DNA from: an uncultured delta proteobacterium
GTDB taxonomy: Bacteria; Myxococcota_A; Polyangia; Polyangiales; Houyiibacteriaceae
Direction of reading: 5' to 3'
Assembly (NCBI GenBank): GCA_963699755.1
Contig: CAVOVB010000001.1
Coordinates: forward strand, 992,001 to 1,056,000
DNA length: 64,000 bases
The position numbers and the translations under genes were made by a program. The notes under the pieces are model-generated. The model did not search any database and had not been told where the DNA came from. It saw nothing but the letters and a program-made list of their open reading frames with translations. Positions 1 to 10,197 of the stretch are shown here, one piece after another (position 1 is the first letter of the stretch; each line of letters begins with the position of its first letter).

Positions 1-1
1 T

Positions 2-442
2 GAGCTTCGCCGAAAGTTGCGGGCAGGAGAGATCGAAAAGAGATACCTCGCACGCTGTGTTGGGCTCGTTCCAGCACCGATCCTCATCGAGACCCCGATC
101 GCGAGCGACCCGCGCGATGGTCGCAAAGTACGGGCCTGCACCGATCCACGCGAGATCAAACGCCTCGGCGCCCAGCCCGCTCGAACCGAAGTCCTGAGCA
201 GCAGGCCGGCAAAGGACGGCTCGTTGATCGAGGTTCGCGTCAACAACGCCCGACGCCACCAAATCCGCGCACACCTAGCCTCCATAGGCCACCCCCTCCT
301 AGGCGACCGGCTCTATGGCGGGCCCCCCTTGAGCCACCACCTACTCCACGCTAGCTCCCTCCAATTGGGAACAGGATTGTCCATCGTAAGCCCTTGGAAA
401 CACAGCCTTTCCGAGCCAGAGATCCCAAAGCAGGATCGCTGA
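2..442 (+). CDS. RluA-family RNA pseudouridine synthase, C-terminal part (5' end outside window)
   Basis: Frame open from base 2; motifs KRYLA, RRHQIRAHLASIGHPLLGDRLYG, LHA typical of RluA/C/D. Confidence 0.85.
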   Translation, partial: ELRRKLRAGEIEKRYLARCVGLVPAPILIETPIASDPRDGRKVRACTDPREIKRLGAQPARTEVLSSRPAKDGSLIEVRVNNARRHQIRAHLASIGHPLLGDRLYGGPPLSHHLLHASSLQLGTGLSIVSPWKHSLSEPEIPKQDR

Positions 443-528
443 GGGTCCATCACCTGGTCAAGCAGCCACGGGATGCACGCAGGAGACTCGTGGCGAATTC
501 AGTCTCTCCGGACTTGGATCCTCTCGCC

Positions 529-2517
529 TTACGCTCGCAGCCTGGCTCGGAGCTGCTCGACTTGATCACGAAGCTCTGCGGCCTTTTCGAATTCGAGGTC
601 CTCGGCAGCGAGCAGCATCTCACTTCGTAGCTCTTCGATACGAGCTGAGATGTCTGTCGGATCCGCGGGAGCTTCGCCCTTTCTCAAGATCGGAATGACG
701 ACGTAGTCTCCCGCTCCGATGGAACGGTCCATTTCGAGGATTGCCTTGCTGACGGTTTGCGGCGTGATGCCGTGCTCTTCGTTGTACTCGGCTTGGCGCG
801 CCCGGCGTCGTTCGGTTTCCTCGATCGCATAGCGCATCGCCTTGGTGATTCGATCGGCGTACATGATCACTTCACCGCCTGCGTTGCGCGCCGCACGTCC
901 GATCGTTTGAATCAAGGATCTCGGCGATCGAAGGAAGCCTTCCTTGTCTGCGTCGAGGATGCCCACCAGTGACACTTCCGGAAGATCGAGCCCCTCGCGC
1001 AGAAGGTTGATTCCAACCAAAACGTCGAACTCACCGCGACGTAAATCCCTAAGGATATCAACGCGTTCGAGCGTATTCACATCGCTGTGAAGATAGCGAA
1101 CCCGGACGCCGAGCTCGCCGTAGTATTCCGTGAGGTCCTCGGCCATTCGCTTGGTCAGTGTCGTGACCAAGACGCGCTCGTCACGCGCCACGCGGTCGCG
1201 AATCTCGCCAAGCAAGTCATCGACCTGGTGCTTCGTCGGACGAACCATGACCTGTGGATCGAGAAGACCCGTGGGTCGGATTACCTGCTCGACCACGACG
1301 CCGCGCGCCTGCTCGATTTCCCAATCGCCGGGTGTCGCGCTCACATGAATGACTTCCCCGACTCGTTCTTCCCATTCGGAAAACCGCAGCGGTCGGTTGT
1401 CGAGCGCACTTGGCAGTCTAAAGCCGTGTGCGACTAAGGTCTCTTTGCGTGATCGATCCCCCCGATACATCGCTCCGATCTGCGGCACGGTGATGTGCGA
1501 CTCGTCGAGGATCACCAGAAAGTCGTCGGGGAAGTAGTCGAGCAAGGTCGGTGGCGGCTCGCCTTCCTTCCGGCCCGAAAGATGCCGACTGTAGTTCTCG
1601 ATGCCATGGCAGAAACCCATTTGCTCGAGCATCTCCAGGTCGTACATCGTTCGTTGCTCCAGTCGCTGCTTTTCAAGCAACTTACCTTCTTTTTCGAGCT
1701 TTGGGAGCCACTCGAGAAGCTCCTCTCGAATCGAGTCGATCGCCCTCGTTCGGTGCTCGTCAGGAGTTACGTAGTGACTGCCCGGGTAGACACCGTACTG
1801 TTCGAGCTCTTCGAGTACTTTTCCGCGCATCGGGTCGATCTCGACGATTCGTTCGATCTCGTCGCCCCAATACTCGATGCGCACCGCGAGGTTTTCGGAA
1901 TGCGCAGGAAAGATCTCGACCACGTCGCCGCGGACGCGAAACGTACCGCGATGGAAATCGATGTCGTTGCGTTGGTATTGAATGTCGACCAGGCGTCGCA
2001 AGAGAACGTCGCGTCGAAATTCTTGTCCGACCTCGAGGTTGATCAACATCTCTTGGTACCACTCGGAGGAGCCGATTCCATAGATGCACGAGACGCTCGC
2101 AACGATGATTACGTCGCGACGGGCGAGCAATGAGCGGGTGGCGCTGTGGCGCATTCGGTCGACCTTGTCGTTTACGATTGCGTCTTTCTCAATATAGGTG
2201 TCGCTCGACGGGATGTACGCCTCAGGCTGGTAGTAGTCGTAGTAGCTGACGAAGTATTCGACCGCGTTGTTCGGAAAGAGCTCTCGCATTTCGCTGTAGA
2301 GCTGCGCAGCCAGGGTCTTGTTTGGAGCGATGATCAGGGTGGGTCGCTTGGTCGTCGCGATGACGTTTGCAATCGAGAATGTCTTTCCGCTCCCCGTGAT
2401 CCCGAGAAGAACCTGGTGCCGTTCACGACGCGAAAGCCCCTCCAAAAGCTCGGAAATGGCAGCCGGCTGGTCCCCTTTGGGCCGCAGATCGGTGACCAGC
2501 TCCAACTCCCTCGCCAT
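529..2517 (-). CDS. uvrB: Excinuclease ABC subunit B
   Basis: 662 aa; [12 protein letters not shown] Walker [11 protein letters not shown] beta-hairpin, [15 protein letters not shown]-terminal UVR coil FEKAAELRD. Confidence 0.98.
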   Translation of the reverse strand: MARELELVTDLRPKGDQPAAISELLEGLSRRERHQVLLGITGSGKTFSIANVIATTKRPTLIIAPNKTLAAQLYSEMRELFPNNAVEYFVSYYDYYQPEAYIPSSDTYIEKDAIVNDKVDRMRHSATRSLLARRDVIIVASVSCIYGIGSSEWYQEMLINLEVGQEFRRDVLLRRLVDIQYQRNDIDFHRGTFRVRGDVVEIFPAHSENLAVRIEYWGDEIERIVEIDPMRGKVLEELEQYGVYPGSHYVTPDEHRTRAIDSIREELLEWLPKLEKEGKLLEKQRLEQRTMYDLEMLEQMGFCHGIENYSRHLSGRKEGEPPPTLLDYFPDDFLVILDESHITVPQIGAMYRGDRSRKETLVAHGFRLPSALDNRPLRFSEWEERVGEVIHVSATPGDWEIEQARGVVVEQVIRPTGLLDPQVMVRPTKHQVDDLLGEIRDRVARDERVLVTTLTKRMAEDLTEYYGELGVRVRYLHSDVNTLERVDILRDLRRGEFDVLVGINLLREGLDLPEVSLVGILDADKEGFLRSPRSLIQTIGRAARNAGGEVIMYADRITKAMRYAIEETERRRARQAEYNEEHGITPQTVSKAILEMDRSIGAGDYVVIPILRKGEAPADPTDISARIEELRSEMLLAAEDLEFEKAAELRDQVEQLRARLRA

Positions 2518-2571
2518 CGACGAAGGCTATCACCCCTTGAAAAAGGGGACAGTTCCCTTAATGAACGAACG

Positions 2572-3288
2572 ATGGATCTCGCTCGCTTCCTCGACGTCAG
2601 CACCGCGATGGCCGCAAGTGCCGCGCGGCCCAATTTCGGAAACGTTCACCACGAACGCCGGAAGCTGCCCGAGCGGCCGTTGGAGCTCTACGAGTTCGAG
2701 CTCTGCCCATACTGCCGGATCGCGCGCGAGGCGCTTTCGGCGCTCAGCCTGGATCCCATCGTCTATCCCTGTCCGAAAGGCGGCCGGCTCTTTCGCGAGA
2801 AGGTCAAACGAGAGGGCGGTCGCTATCAGTTTCCGTACCTGGTCGACTCCAACACCGGAATCTCGATGTATGAGTCGGCAGACATCGTCGACTATCTCTT
2901 TCGAGAGTATGGGGACGGACGGGCGCCCTGGTTTCTGAAACGGAGAAGCTTCGCGGTAACGACATCGATGTTGGCGTCTGCGTTTCGGCCGGGTCGGGGA
3001 CGATACGCCGTTGCTTCGCGTCAGCCAGAGACGCTCCTCGAGCTCTACTCCTATGAAGGCTCGCCGTTTTGCCGGATCGCGCGCGAGGCGTTCTGCGAGC
3101 TCGAGCTTCCTTACCGGCTGCACAACGTGCCACGGCGAAGCCCAGATCGGCAGCGCTACGTCTCGATTTCGGGAAAGATGCAGGTGCCTTACCTGCTCGA
3201 CCCGAACACCGGGGCTCAGATGTTCGAATCGGCAGAGATCCGGCGCTATCTGTATGACAATTACGCCCTCGCGCAGGCGACGGGCTAG
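2572..3288 (+). CDS. Protein with two tandem GST N-terminal/glutaredoxin-like domains
   Basis: Repeated LELYxxExC/SPxCRIAREA...PYLxDxNTG..M(Y/F)ESA units (CPYC, SPFC); start set at ATG 2572 to avoid overlap with uvrB. Confidence 0.85.
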   Translation: MDLARFLDVSTAMAASAARPNFGNVHHERRKLPERPLELYEFELCPYCRIAREALSALSLDPIVYPCPKGGRLFREKVKREGGRYQFPYLVDSNTGISMYESADIVDYLFREYGDGRAPWFLKRRSFAVTTSMLASAFRPGRGRYAVASRQPETLLELYSYEGSPFCRIAREAFCELELPYRLHNVPRRSPDRQRYVSISGKMQVPYLLDPNTGAQMFESAEIRRYLYDNYALAQATG

Positions 3289-4373
3289 CTGTTGGTCTTG
3301 GCGAAGCCCTTGGCGAAGTCGACGAACTTCTGGACGTCCGACGGCTCCATGGCGTTGTAGATCGAGGTGCGGATGCCGCCGACGGAGCGGTGGCCCTTGA
3401 TGCCGACCATGCCGGCCTTGGCAGCATCAGCAACGAGCTTCTTCTCGAGGTCTTCGCTCGGGAGCCGGAAGACGGGGTTCATCACCGAGCGGCTGTCGGT
3501 CTCCACGGGACAACGGAAGAAGCCCCCACTTTCATCGATCATGTCGTAGATGTAGCCGGCCTTTTCCCGATTGCGCTTTTCCATCGCAGGCGCGCCACCC
3601 TGGTCGCGCACCCAACGAAGCACGTTGCGAACCATGTAGACCGGGAACGTCGGGATGGTGTTTTGCAGCGAGTCACCCTCGAGGATCGTCTTGTAGCGAA
3701 AGATCTTCGGAATGCTGCTCGGACTTCGCTCTGCCAAGTCTTTGCGCAAGATCAGGACCGTAATGCCCGCAGGGCCGAGGTTCTTCTGGGCTCCGGCGTA
3801 GATCAGGCCGAACTTCGATACGTCGATCGGACGCCATAGAATATCGCTCGACATGTCGGCCACGAGCGGAACATCGCCGCTGTCCGGGTACTGGAAGAAC
3901 TGCGTTCCCATGATCGTGTTGTTGCTCGTGAAGTGCACGTATGCCGCGTTCGGGTCGAGCTCGAGCTCGGCCTGCTTCGGGACGCGTAGATACTTTCCGG
4001 CGACCTTGCCGCTGCCCGCTTCGCGCGCGTCGCCAGTGACGAGGGCCTCGTCCATTGCCTTGTCGCTCCAGACGCCGGTGTTGATGTAGTCGGCCGACTG
4101 ACCTTCTCCACGAAGGTTCATCGGCACGAGAGCGAACTGGGCGGAGGCGCCTCCCTGCATGAAGAGCACCTCGTGCGTATCGGGGATGCTCATGAGCTCG
4201 CGGAAGAGCTCCTTGGTCTCCTCGTGAACTTTCGCGTACGCAGCACCGCGATGGCTGTGCTCGATGAGCGACATCCCCGTGCCTTCGTGGTCGAGGAACT
4301 CGTTGTGGGCGTACTCGAGAGCCGGCAACGGAAGGGTTGCTGGCCCCGCACTGAAGTTGATGACACGAGCCAT
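3285..4373 (-). CDS. serC: Phosphoserine aminotransferase
   Basis: [24 protein letters not shown] (PLP lysine), [15 protein letters not shown]. Confidence 0.97.
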   Translation of the reverse strand: MARVINFSAGPATLPLPALEYAHNEFLDHEGTGMSLIEHSHRGAAYAKVHEETKELFRELMSIPDTHEVLFMQGGASAQFALVPMNLRGEGQSADYINTGVWSDKAMDEALVTGDAREAGSGKVAGKYLRVPKQAELELDPNAAYVHFTSNNTIMGTQFFQYPDSGDVPLVADMSSDILWRPIDVSKFGLIYAGAQKNLGPAGITVLILRKDLAERSPSSIPKIFRYKTILEGDSLQNTIPTFPVYMVRNVLRWVRDQGGAPAMEKRNREKAGYIYDMIDESGGFFRCPVETDSRSVMNPVFRLPSEDLEKKLVADAAKAGMVGIKGHRSVGGIRTSIYNAMEPSDVQKFVDFAKGFAKTNS

Positions 4374-4444
4374 AGGCGGCGGAGCCTAGCCGCGGTTCAC
4401 GGCGGTGCAACTCGCATCGTCTGCTGGTCTCGACCCCCGGAAAA

Positions 4445-4520
<76 letters not shown>

Positions 4521-4547
4521 AAGGCCGGGCGATCGTATAGCTTCGGG

Positions 4548-4563
4548 GGTTGCACGTGCAACT
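4548..4563. promoter_or_regulatory. parS-like palindrome
   Basis: gGTTGCACGTGCAACt: perfect 14-bp palindrome resembling the parS consensus TGTTNCACGTGAAACA. Confidence 0.5.
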
Positions 4564-4652
4564 CGAAGCGCCTGCCCGGCCGGCAGGAAGGCTGAAAGTC
4601 TGTGCGGTGGCCGGGTTTGCCGATCGGCTGCCCGTTCCTCTATCTTGAGAAG

Positions 4653-5402
4653 ATGGGAGAGACCTGGGGCATCGGGGTTCGTTGGGCGTGCGCCGCCGCG
4701 CTCCTGTTCGGCATGGCTTGTAGCCTGCCCGCAGCTGCGCAAGAGACGGCGGATGACGCCGCTGCGCGTGAGTACTTTGAGCGGGGGCGCGCCGCGTTCG
4801 AGCAGGCCGACTACGAAGGTGCGCTGGTCTATTTCAGGCACGCGTATCGACTCAGTGGCAGGGCTGCGCTTCAGTACAACATCGGCGTTGCGGCGGATCG
4901 ATTGCAGCGCGAGCAAGAAGCGCTGGAGGCGTTCGAGTTCTATCTCGCAGAAACGGAGAGCCCGACACGAGAGGGCGAAGTGCGCGGACGCATTGATGCG
5001 CTTCGTCAATCGCTCGCGGAAAAAGCAGCCACGGAGCGTGCCCTCGAAGAAGCGGCGATTCGCTACGAGGCGATCGCTCGAGAACAAGAGATGAGCGACG
5101 GCGTGCGCGTTCCACGTTCCGCGATCATCGGTGGCAGCGTCTTGGCGGCCGCTGGCGTTGCAGGTGTTGCAGCCATGAGTGTTGGGCTCGCGCAAAACGG
5201 GTCGTGCAGCAACGAAGTCGCGGGACAGTGCACGACACAGAGCTCCGCAACGGCATGGACTTACGTCTACGGCGGCTTGGGCATCGCAGCTTTGGCAGGG
5301 AGCGCGACTTGGTTTGCGATCGGCGCAAAGCGCACGAAGGAAAAGCGAACGACTGAGCTTTCGTTGTTGCCAATGGGGCTGATGGTATCGGGTTCGTTCT
5401 GA
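4653..5402 (+). CDS. Exported TPR-containing protein with C-terminal membrane segments
   Basis: Signal peptide ending AAAQ; TPR-like AREYFERGRAAF..YEGALVYFRHAY..LQYNIG; C-terminal hydrophobic helices ending VSGSF; start uncertain. Confidence 0.75.
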   Translation: MGETWGIGVRWACAAALLFGMACSLPAAAQETADDAAAREYFERGRAAFEQADYEGALVYFRHAYRLSGRAALQYNIGVAADRLQREQEALEAFEFYLAETESPTREGEVRGRIDALRQSLAEKAATERALEEAAIRYEAIAREQEMSDGVRVPRSAIIGGSVLAAAGVAGVAAMSVGLAQNGSCSNEVAGQCTTQSSATAWTYVYGGLGIAALAGSATWFAIGAKRTKEKRTTELSLLPMGLMVSGSF

Positions 5403-5443
5403 AGAAGGATTGGACTAGCTCTCCGCAGAGACCATAGAAAACC

Positions 5444-6118
5444 CTATATTTTCAAGGTGTTGAGCAGATTCGAAGCCGCGTCGACCAGGTCCGAAGGGCT
5501 CTGCACGCGAGGCGCGCGCAGGATCGGAATGCGGGGTAAGTAGTCGGCTAGGACATCGGCATTCGAGCTGCGACTCAAGTCGTCTTTGTAGGCTCGGTCC
5601 ACGTGGTTGAGAACGATCGCACGGACGGACACGTTTCGCTTCCTGAGCGCTTCGACCGCCGTGAGCGTGTAGGACAGAACGCCAAGCGCATTGCGCGCAA
5701 CGAGAACCGTTTGCAAGTCCAACAGTGCGGCGAGATCCGCGATCGTGTGTTCGCGATCGAGGGGAACCAGGACACCGCCGACGCCTTCTACGATGGTGTA
5801 ATCGGCGTGACTCCCCAGCTCGCGGACGCGCTTGCTGAGTGCGCGCAATGAACCAATCCGCGGGCCTCCGCGCTTTTCGATGGCGTACGGCGCAAGGGGT
5901 TCTTTCGCGCGGTACAGACCCGGTGCGGTGGCCAAGGACAGATCGCCACAGGCAGTCGCGAGGGCGAGTGCATCGACCGGATCCGGATCGACACCGGTTT
6001 CAATCGGTTTGACTGCAGCGATGCGTTTGCCTCTTTCCACACAGGCACTCGCAAGCGCGGTTGCGAGCCAGGTCTTTCCAACTCCGGTGCCCGTCGCGGT
6101 AATGAACACGCCCTTCAT
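5444..6118 (-). CDS. bioD: Dethiobiotin synthase
   Basis: FITATGTGVGKT, KPIETG, VEGVGG. Confidence 0.93.
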   Translation of the reverse strand: MKGVFITATGTGVGKTWLATALASACVERGKRIAAVKPIETGVDPDPVDALALATACGDLSLATAPGLYRAKEPLAPYAIEKRGGPRIGSLRALSKRVRELGSHADYTIVEGVGGVLVPLDREHTIADLAALLDLQTVLVARNALGVLSYTLTAVEALRKRNVSVRAIVLNHVDRAYKDDLSRSSNADVLADYLPRIPILRAPRVQSPSDLVDAASNLLNTLKI

Positions 6119-6119
6119 G

Positions 6120-7301
6120 CTAGGCCTCCCATGGTGCGCCGCCGAGCGATGCGAAAGCGGCGATCGCGTGTGCGATTTGTTCTGGCCGATGCGTAGCCAT
6201 TGGCGTCAGTCTGAGCCTTGCGGTTCCTGCTGCAACCGTCGGTGGTCTTATCCCTTGAACGAAGATGCCACGTTCGAGGAGCTTGGCCGAGAGCCGCATC
6301 GTACGATCGTTGTCCCCAATCAAGATAGGGAGGATCTGACTTGCGCCCTCGGTCACCTCGAAGCCGAGGTCCCTGAGCTCCGAGCGAAGCCTGGCGGCAT
6401 GGTCCAGCAAGACCGTGCGCGCATCGTCAGCCGCGCGAACGAGGTTCAGTGCCGCAATCGATGCGCGCGCGATCATGGGGGGCGGTGCCGTGGAGTAGAC
6501 AAAGCTTCGGGCTCGATTGCGGATCAGCGAGACGGTTTGCTCGCTGGCCCCTACGAATGCGCCCGCAACGCCAAACGACTTACCGAGTGTTCCGACGATG
6601 AGGTCGGGCTCGACGCCTTCGGCCGCGGCCAGGCCTCGACCGTCCGGACCAAGGACGCCGAGGGCGTGCGCTTCGTCGACCATGAGCCCCGCGTCGAAGC
6701 TGCGGGCCAGCTCGGCGATTTCTTTGAGCGGCGCGGTCACGCCGTCCATCGAAAAGAGCGAGTCGGTGACGATCATGGCTCGCTTCGCGCGCGCTCGATT
6801 CTGCCGAAGGAGGGATTCGAGATGGTCCGTGCTCCGGTGCTTGTAGACGTGGACTTGCGCCCTGGAAAGGCGACATCCGTCGATCAGGCTAGCGTGGTTC
6901 AGGGCATCGCTGAAGACCGCATCCCCTGGGCCCAGCAGGGCTTGAATCGTGCCGAGGTTGGCCGCATACCCGGTCGCGAACAGCGCAGCGGAGGGAGTGC
7001 CAAGGTAGTCTGCGAAGAGGGCCTCCGCTTCCTGATGCGCATCCATCGTTCCGGTGATGAGACGAGAGGCGGCGGAGCCGACCCCATCGACTTGCAGTGA
7101 AGTCCTTATGGCCTCGGCGATCGCCGGATGGTTCGCCAAGCCGAGATAGTTGTTGGAGCAGAGGCACAGGATTGGCCGCCCGTCGATCAGGACTTCGGGA
7201 CCCTGGGGCCCGGAGATGCGAGGCGGCTTCCGGAGAAGGCCGGTAGCTACCAGCTCGGCAAGAGCTTCCTGGATCTGGCTCTCGAAGCCCATGGGCGTCA
7301 T
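6120..7301 (-). CDS. bioF: 8-amino-7-oxononanoate synthase
   Basis: SNNYLGL, NHASLIDG, FSMDG, DEAHA, GTLGKSFG, IRPPTV; directly upstream of bioD. Confidence 0.93.
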   Translation of the reverse strand: MTPMGFESQIQEALAELVATGLLRKPPRISGPQGPEVLIDGRPILCLCSNNYLGLANHPAIAEAIRTSLQVDGVGSAASRLITGTMDAHQEAEALFADYLGTPSAALFATGYAANLGTIQALLGPGDAVFSDALNHASLIDGCRLSRAQVHVYKHRSTDHLESLLRQNRARAKRAMIVTDSLFSMDGVTAPLKEIAELARSFDAGLMVDEAHALGVLGPDGRGLAAAEGVEPDLIVGTLGKSFGVAGAFVGASEQTVSLIRNRARSFVYSTAPPPMIARASIAALNLVRAADDARTVLLDHAARLRSELRDLGFEVTEGASQILPILIGDNDRTMRLSAKLLERGIFVQGIRPPTVAAGTARLRLTPMATHRPEQIAHAIAAFASLGGAPWEA

Positions 7302-7346
7302 CTAAGCTCAGCGATGCGCAGGGGTCAAACGCGCCGGGGCCGACGG

Positions 7347-7362
7347 CGTTGCACGTGAAACG
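7347..7362. promoter_or_regulatory. parS-like site (ParB binding)
   Basis: CGTTGCACGTGAAACG, intergenic, with complementary flanks gg/cc. Confidence 0.7.
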
Positions 7363-7392
7363 CCCAAGGTCCCGATTCCCCGGGCGCGTGGA

Positions 7393-7408
7393 TGTTGCAC
7401 GTGAAACC
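7393..7408. promoter_or_regulatory. parS-like site (ParB binding)
   Basis: TGTTGCACGTGAAACC; 15/16 match to TGTTNCACGTGAAACA; same 14-bp core as the site 46 bp upstream. Confidence 0.72.
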
Positions 7409-7409
7409 C

Positions 7410-8375
7410 TTAGAGCTTGAGGCCTAGACGGGGCGCAGTCACAAAGGCTTCCTGGACCGTTTGCAAGGCCTCTTCGACCTCGTCCGAGTGGCCTTTGGGC
7501 AGCACGATTTCGAGGTGGGCGATCAGATCCCCTCTGGGCCTTCCCTTCAGCTGCACGCCTTTGCCGCGTAGCCGAAGCTTCGCGCCATTCTGCGACCCCG
7601 CCGGCACCGAGAGTTGTACGTTGCCCTCTGGGGTCGGCAGGTTCAGCCTGGTTCCGGCGTAAGCCTCGAGCGGCGTCACGGGCACCCGAACATGAAGCTG
7701 CTTTCCGCGGATTGAGAAGTACGGATGCTTTCGCACCTTCACCTCGAGAACCAGGTCACCCGGAGGTCCGCCTTGAGAGCCTTGCCCTCCCTGGCCCCGC
7801 AGCCGGATCTTGCCCTGGTTCCGGACGCCCGCTGGGATCCGGACTTTTAGGGTGCGCTGGCCCTCGTTCGAGCGGAGGTTGAGCTCCTTGGTGCAGCCGA
7901 GCACCGCATCTCGGAAGTCAACCGTGACCTCCGACTCGAGATCGGCACCCCTTCGGGGTGCATAGACGTAGCTGGCTCGGCCCGGTCGTGCGCCCCCGAG
8001 TAGGTCCTCGAGATTGAACTCGAAGTGGCCGCCTTGGCCCCCTGCTCTCTGGCCGCGGGCTGCGGCGCCGAAAATGTCGCCAAAGTCGAAGCCGCCGAAG
8101 CCCGCCGCGCCCCGGCTCGCCGCCTGATAAGCTTCCGGGTCAAAGCCATCCCGCAAGCCCATTTCCCCATACTCGTCGTACAGCTTTCGCTTCTCCGGAT
8201 CGGAGAGAACCGAATAGGCCCCTGATACATCTTTGAAGCGCTCCTCCGATGCTTTGTCGTCCGGATTGCGGTCTGGGTGCAGCTCCTTGGCGAGCTCACG
8301 ATAAGCTTTCTTGATCTGCTCCGGGCTCGCATCCCGCGACACTCCCAAAATAGCGTAGAAATCGCGGTCAGCCAT
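7410..8375 (-). CDS. DnaJ-class chaperone (CbpA-like: J domain + DnaJ_C, no zinc finger)
   Basis: [15 protein letters not shown] domain, G/F-rich linker, GDL-containing C-terminal repeats. Confidence 0.92.
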   Translation of the reverse strand: MADRDFYAILGVSRDASPEQIKKAYRELAKELHPDRNPDDKASEERFKDVSGAYSVLSDPEKRKLYDEYGEMGLRDGFDPEAYQAASRGAAGFGGFDFGDIFGAAARGQRAGGQGGHFEFNLEDLLGGARPGRASYVYAPRRGADLESEVTVDFRDAVLGCTKELNLRSNEGQRTLKVRIPAGVRNQGKIRLRGQGGQGSQGGPPGDLVLEVKVRKHPYFSIRGKQLHVRVPVTPLEAYAGTRLNLPTPEGNVQLSVPAGSQNGAKLRLRGKGVQLKGRPRGDLIAHLEIVLPKGHSDEVEEALQTVQEAFVTAPRLGLKL

Positions 8376-8566
8376 GTGGGCCTAACATAGCCACTCGATG
8401 GGTTCTTTCAACGCTCCCCCCGCCGGAAACGGGCCGGATCCGGATGATTTGAGGGCTTCTAGTGCCAAAATCGGCATGAAGATAACCATATAGAGACAAT
8501 ATCGCCCCAAGCCAGGTTTTCATTGCCGTTCTTGCTGCCTCCCGGGTCGCATGATACTCGCTCGCC

Positions 8567-9343
8567 ATGGCCTTGGTCGATGTTAGTCGCATTCCGAAGC
8601 ATGTCGCGATCATCATGGACGGCAACGGGCGATGGGCTCAGGCGCGAGGGAAACCGCGCACGGCAGGACACGAGCGTGGTGCAGACGCAGTGCGCGCGAC
8701 GATGCGTGCGGCTCGCAGGCTGGGGATTCCTGCGCTGACCTTGTATGCGTTCAGCGAACAGAACTGGGATCGACCGGAAGCGGAGATCAACGCGCTGGTC
8801 GATCTGCTCTGCGAGTGCTTGGTGTCGGAACGAAACGAGCTCGTCGACAACGAAATTCGCCTGTCTGCGATCGGCCGCCTGCACAAGCTTCCTCGACATG
8901 CGCAGACGCGCTTGCGTTCGCTCGCCCAAGACACCGAATCGTATGAAGGCATGACGCTCACGCTCGCGCTCTCCTACGGCGGACGAGAGGAGATCATCGA
9001 CGCGGTGCGGGCGCTTGCGATCGAAGCACTTGCGGGTGAAATCGAGGCAGAGGCGATCGATGAAGCGGCGATCGAACGCTACTTGCCATCGATGAACGTG
9101 GGTCCGGTGGACTTGCTGATACGCACCGGCGGCGAGCAACGGATCAGCAACTTTCTCCTCTGGGGATCGGCCTATGCGGAGTTCTATTTCACCGACGAGC
9201 TTTGGCCGGATTTCAACGGAAATTCTCTATACCGTGCGATTGAGGCCTATCAAGGCAGGGAGCGCCGATTCGGGCTGATTCCCGACGGCGACGACGAGGT
9301 AACCGCCAGCAAAGCACCTCGGAAATTGGAGCGCGCAATATGA
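8567..9343 (+). CDS. uppS: Undecaprenyl diphosphate synthase (cis-prenyltransferase)
   Basis: PKHVAIIMDGNGRWA, YAFSEQNW, SYGGR, RTGGEQRISNFLLW, RRFG. Confidence 0.96.
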   Translation: MALVDVSRIPKHVAIIMDGNGRWAQARGKPRTAGHERGADAVRATMRAARRLGIPALTLYAFSEQNWDRPEAEINALVDLLCECLVSERNELVDNEIRLSAIGRLHKLPRHAQTRLRSLAQDTESYEGMTLTLALSYGGREEIIDAVRALAIEALAGEIEAEAIDEAAIERYLPSMNVGPVDLLIRTGGEQRISNFLLWGSAYAEFYFTDELWPDFNGNSLYRAIEAYQGRERRFGLIPDGDDEVTASKAPRKLERAI

Positions 9344-10185
9344 ACGACGCGATCGAACAACCGCCGATGAAGAAGGGCCTCTCGGGTACCGCGCTTCGCG
9401 TCGCCACCGTCGTTCCGCTGATACCGATCATCCTCTGGATGATGTTCGCGGGGCCGCGTTGGCTCTGGCAAGCCTTCATCTTGGCGGCGATCGCAATCGG
9501 TGGTTACGAGCTCATGTCGATGAATTTTCCATCGTCCCGCGGGCTTCGCATTTGGGGTTCGATAACCTCCGTCTTGTTTGCATACGCGATCATCTTCATG
9601 ACGAGCTCCAGCGCTCTATACGGTATCGTCCTGATCATCGTCCTCGGTGCGATGGCTTGGAGCCTCTTACAAGAGGACCCGCTTCATAACGGGAGCATTC
9701 GCGTCGGCTGGTTGTTGGCCACGCCGATCTACGTGGGCGGCACTCTTGCGGCGGTCGCCCTCATCCGCGACTTCGATCCGACCGGGGCCTGGGTTCTTCT
9801 GGCGATGGCGCTTGCCTGGGGCAGCGACACGGCGGCGTATTTCGTTGGCCGCAAATTCGGGAAGACCAAGCTCGCGCCGCGGATTTCTCCCAAAAAAACG
9901 CTGGCGGGCTCGGCAGGGGGCTTGGGCGCGTCGGTCGTAGGGGCCCTGGCCATGAGCTTCTTTCTGCCGGATCTCGGACCCGTCGATGCGATCGCGCTCG
10001 GTGTTCTCGCTGGCTCTGCAGGACAGGCTGGCGACCTCTTCATATCGGTTCTCAAGCGGAGCAGCGGTGTGAAGGACAGTGGCGGAATCCTACCGGGGCA
10101 TGGAGGAATTCTCGACCGCGTGGACGCCCTTGCCTTCACGGCGCCGGCGACCTGGGCGTACGGCCACTTCATTGCCGGTTTCTGA
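9340..10185 (+). CDS. cdsA: Phosphatidate cytidylyltransferase
   Basis: SDTAAYFVG, ISPKKT, KDSGGILPGHGGILDRVD; ATGA overlap with uppS. Confidence 0.95.
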   Translation: MNDAIEQPPMKKGLSGTALRVATVVPLIPIILWMMFAGPRWLWQAFILAAIAIGGYELMSMNFPSSRGLRIWGSITSVLFAYAIIFMTSSSALYGIVLIIVLGAMAWSLLQEDPLHNGSIRVGWLLATPIYVGGTLAAVALIRDFDPTGAWVLLAMALAWGSDTAAYFVGRKFGKTKLAPRISPKKTLAGSAGGLGASVVGALAMSFFLPDLGPVDAIALGVLAGSAGQAGDLFISVLKRSSGVKDSGGILPGHGGILDRVDALAFTAPATWAYGHFIAGF

Positions 10186-10197
10186 TATCCTCTTCGC

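Noticed and set aside
8442..8468. CIRCE-like half site (TAGTGCCAA) upstream of the DnaJ gene
   Set aside because: No matching second arm at 9-nt spacing.
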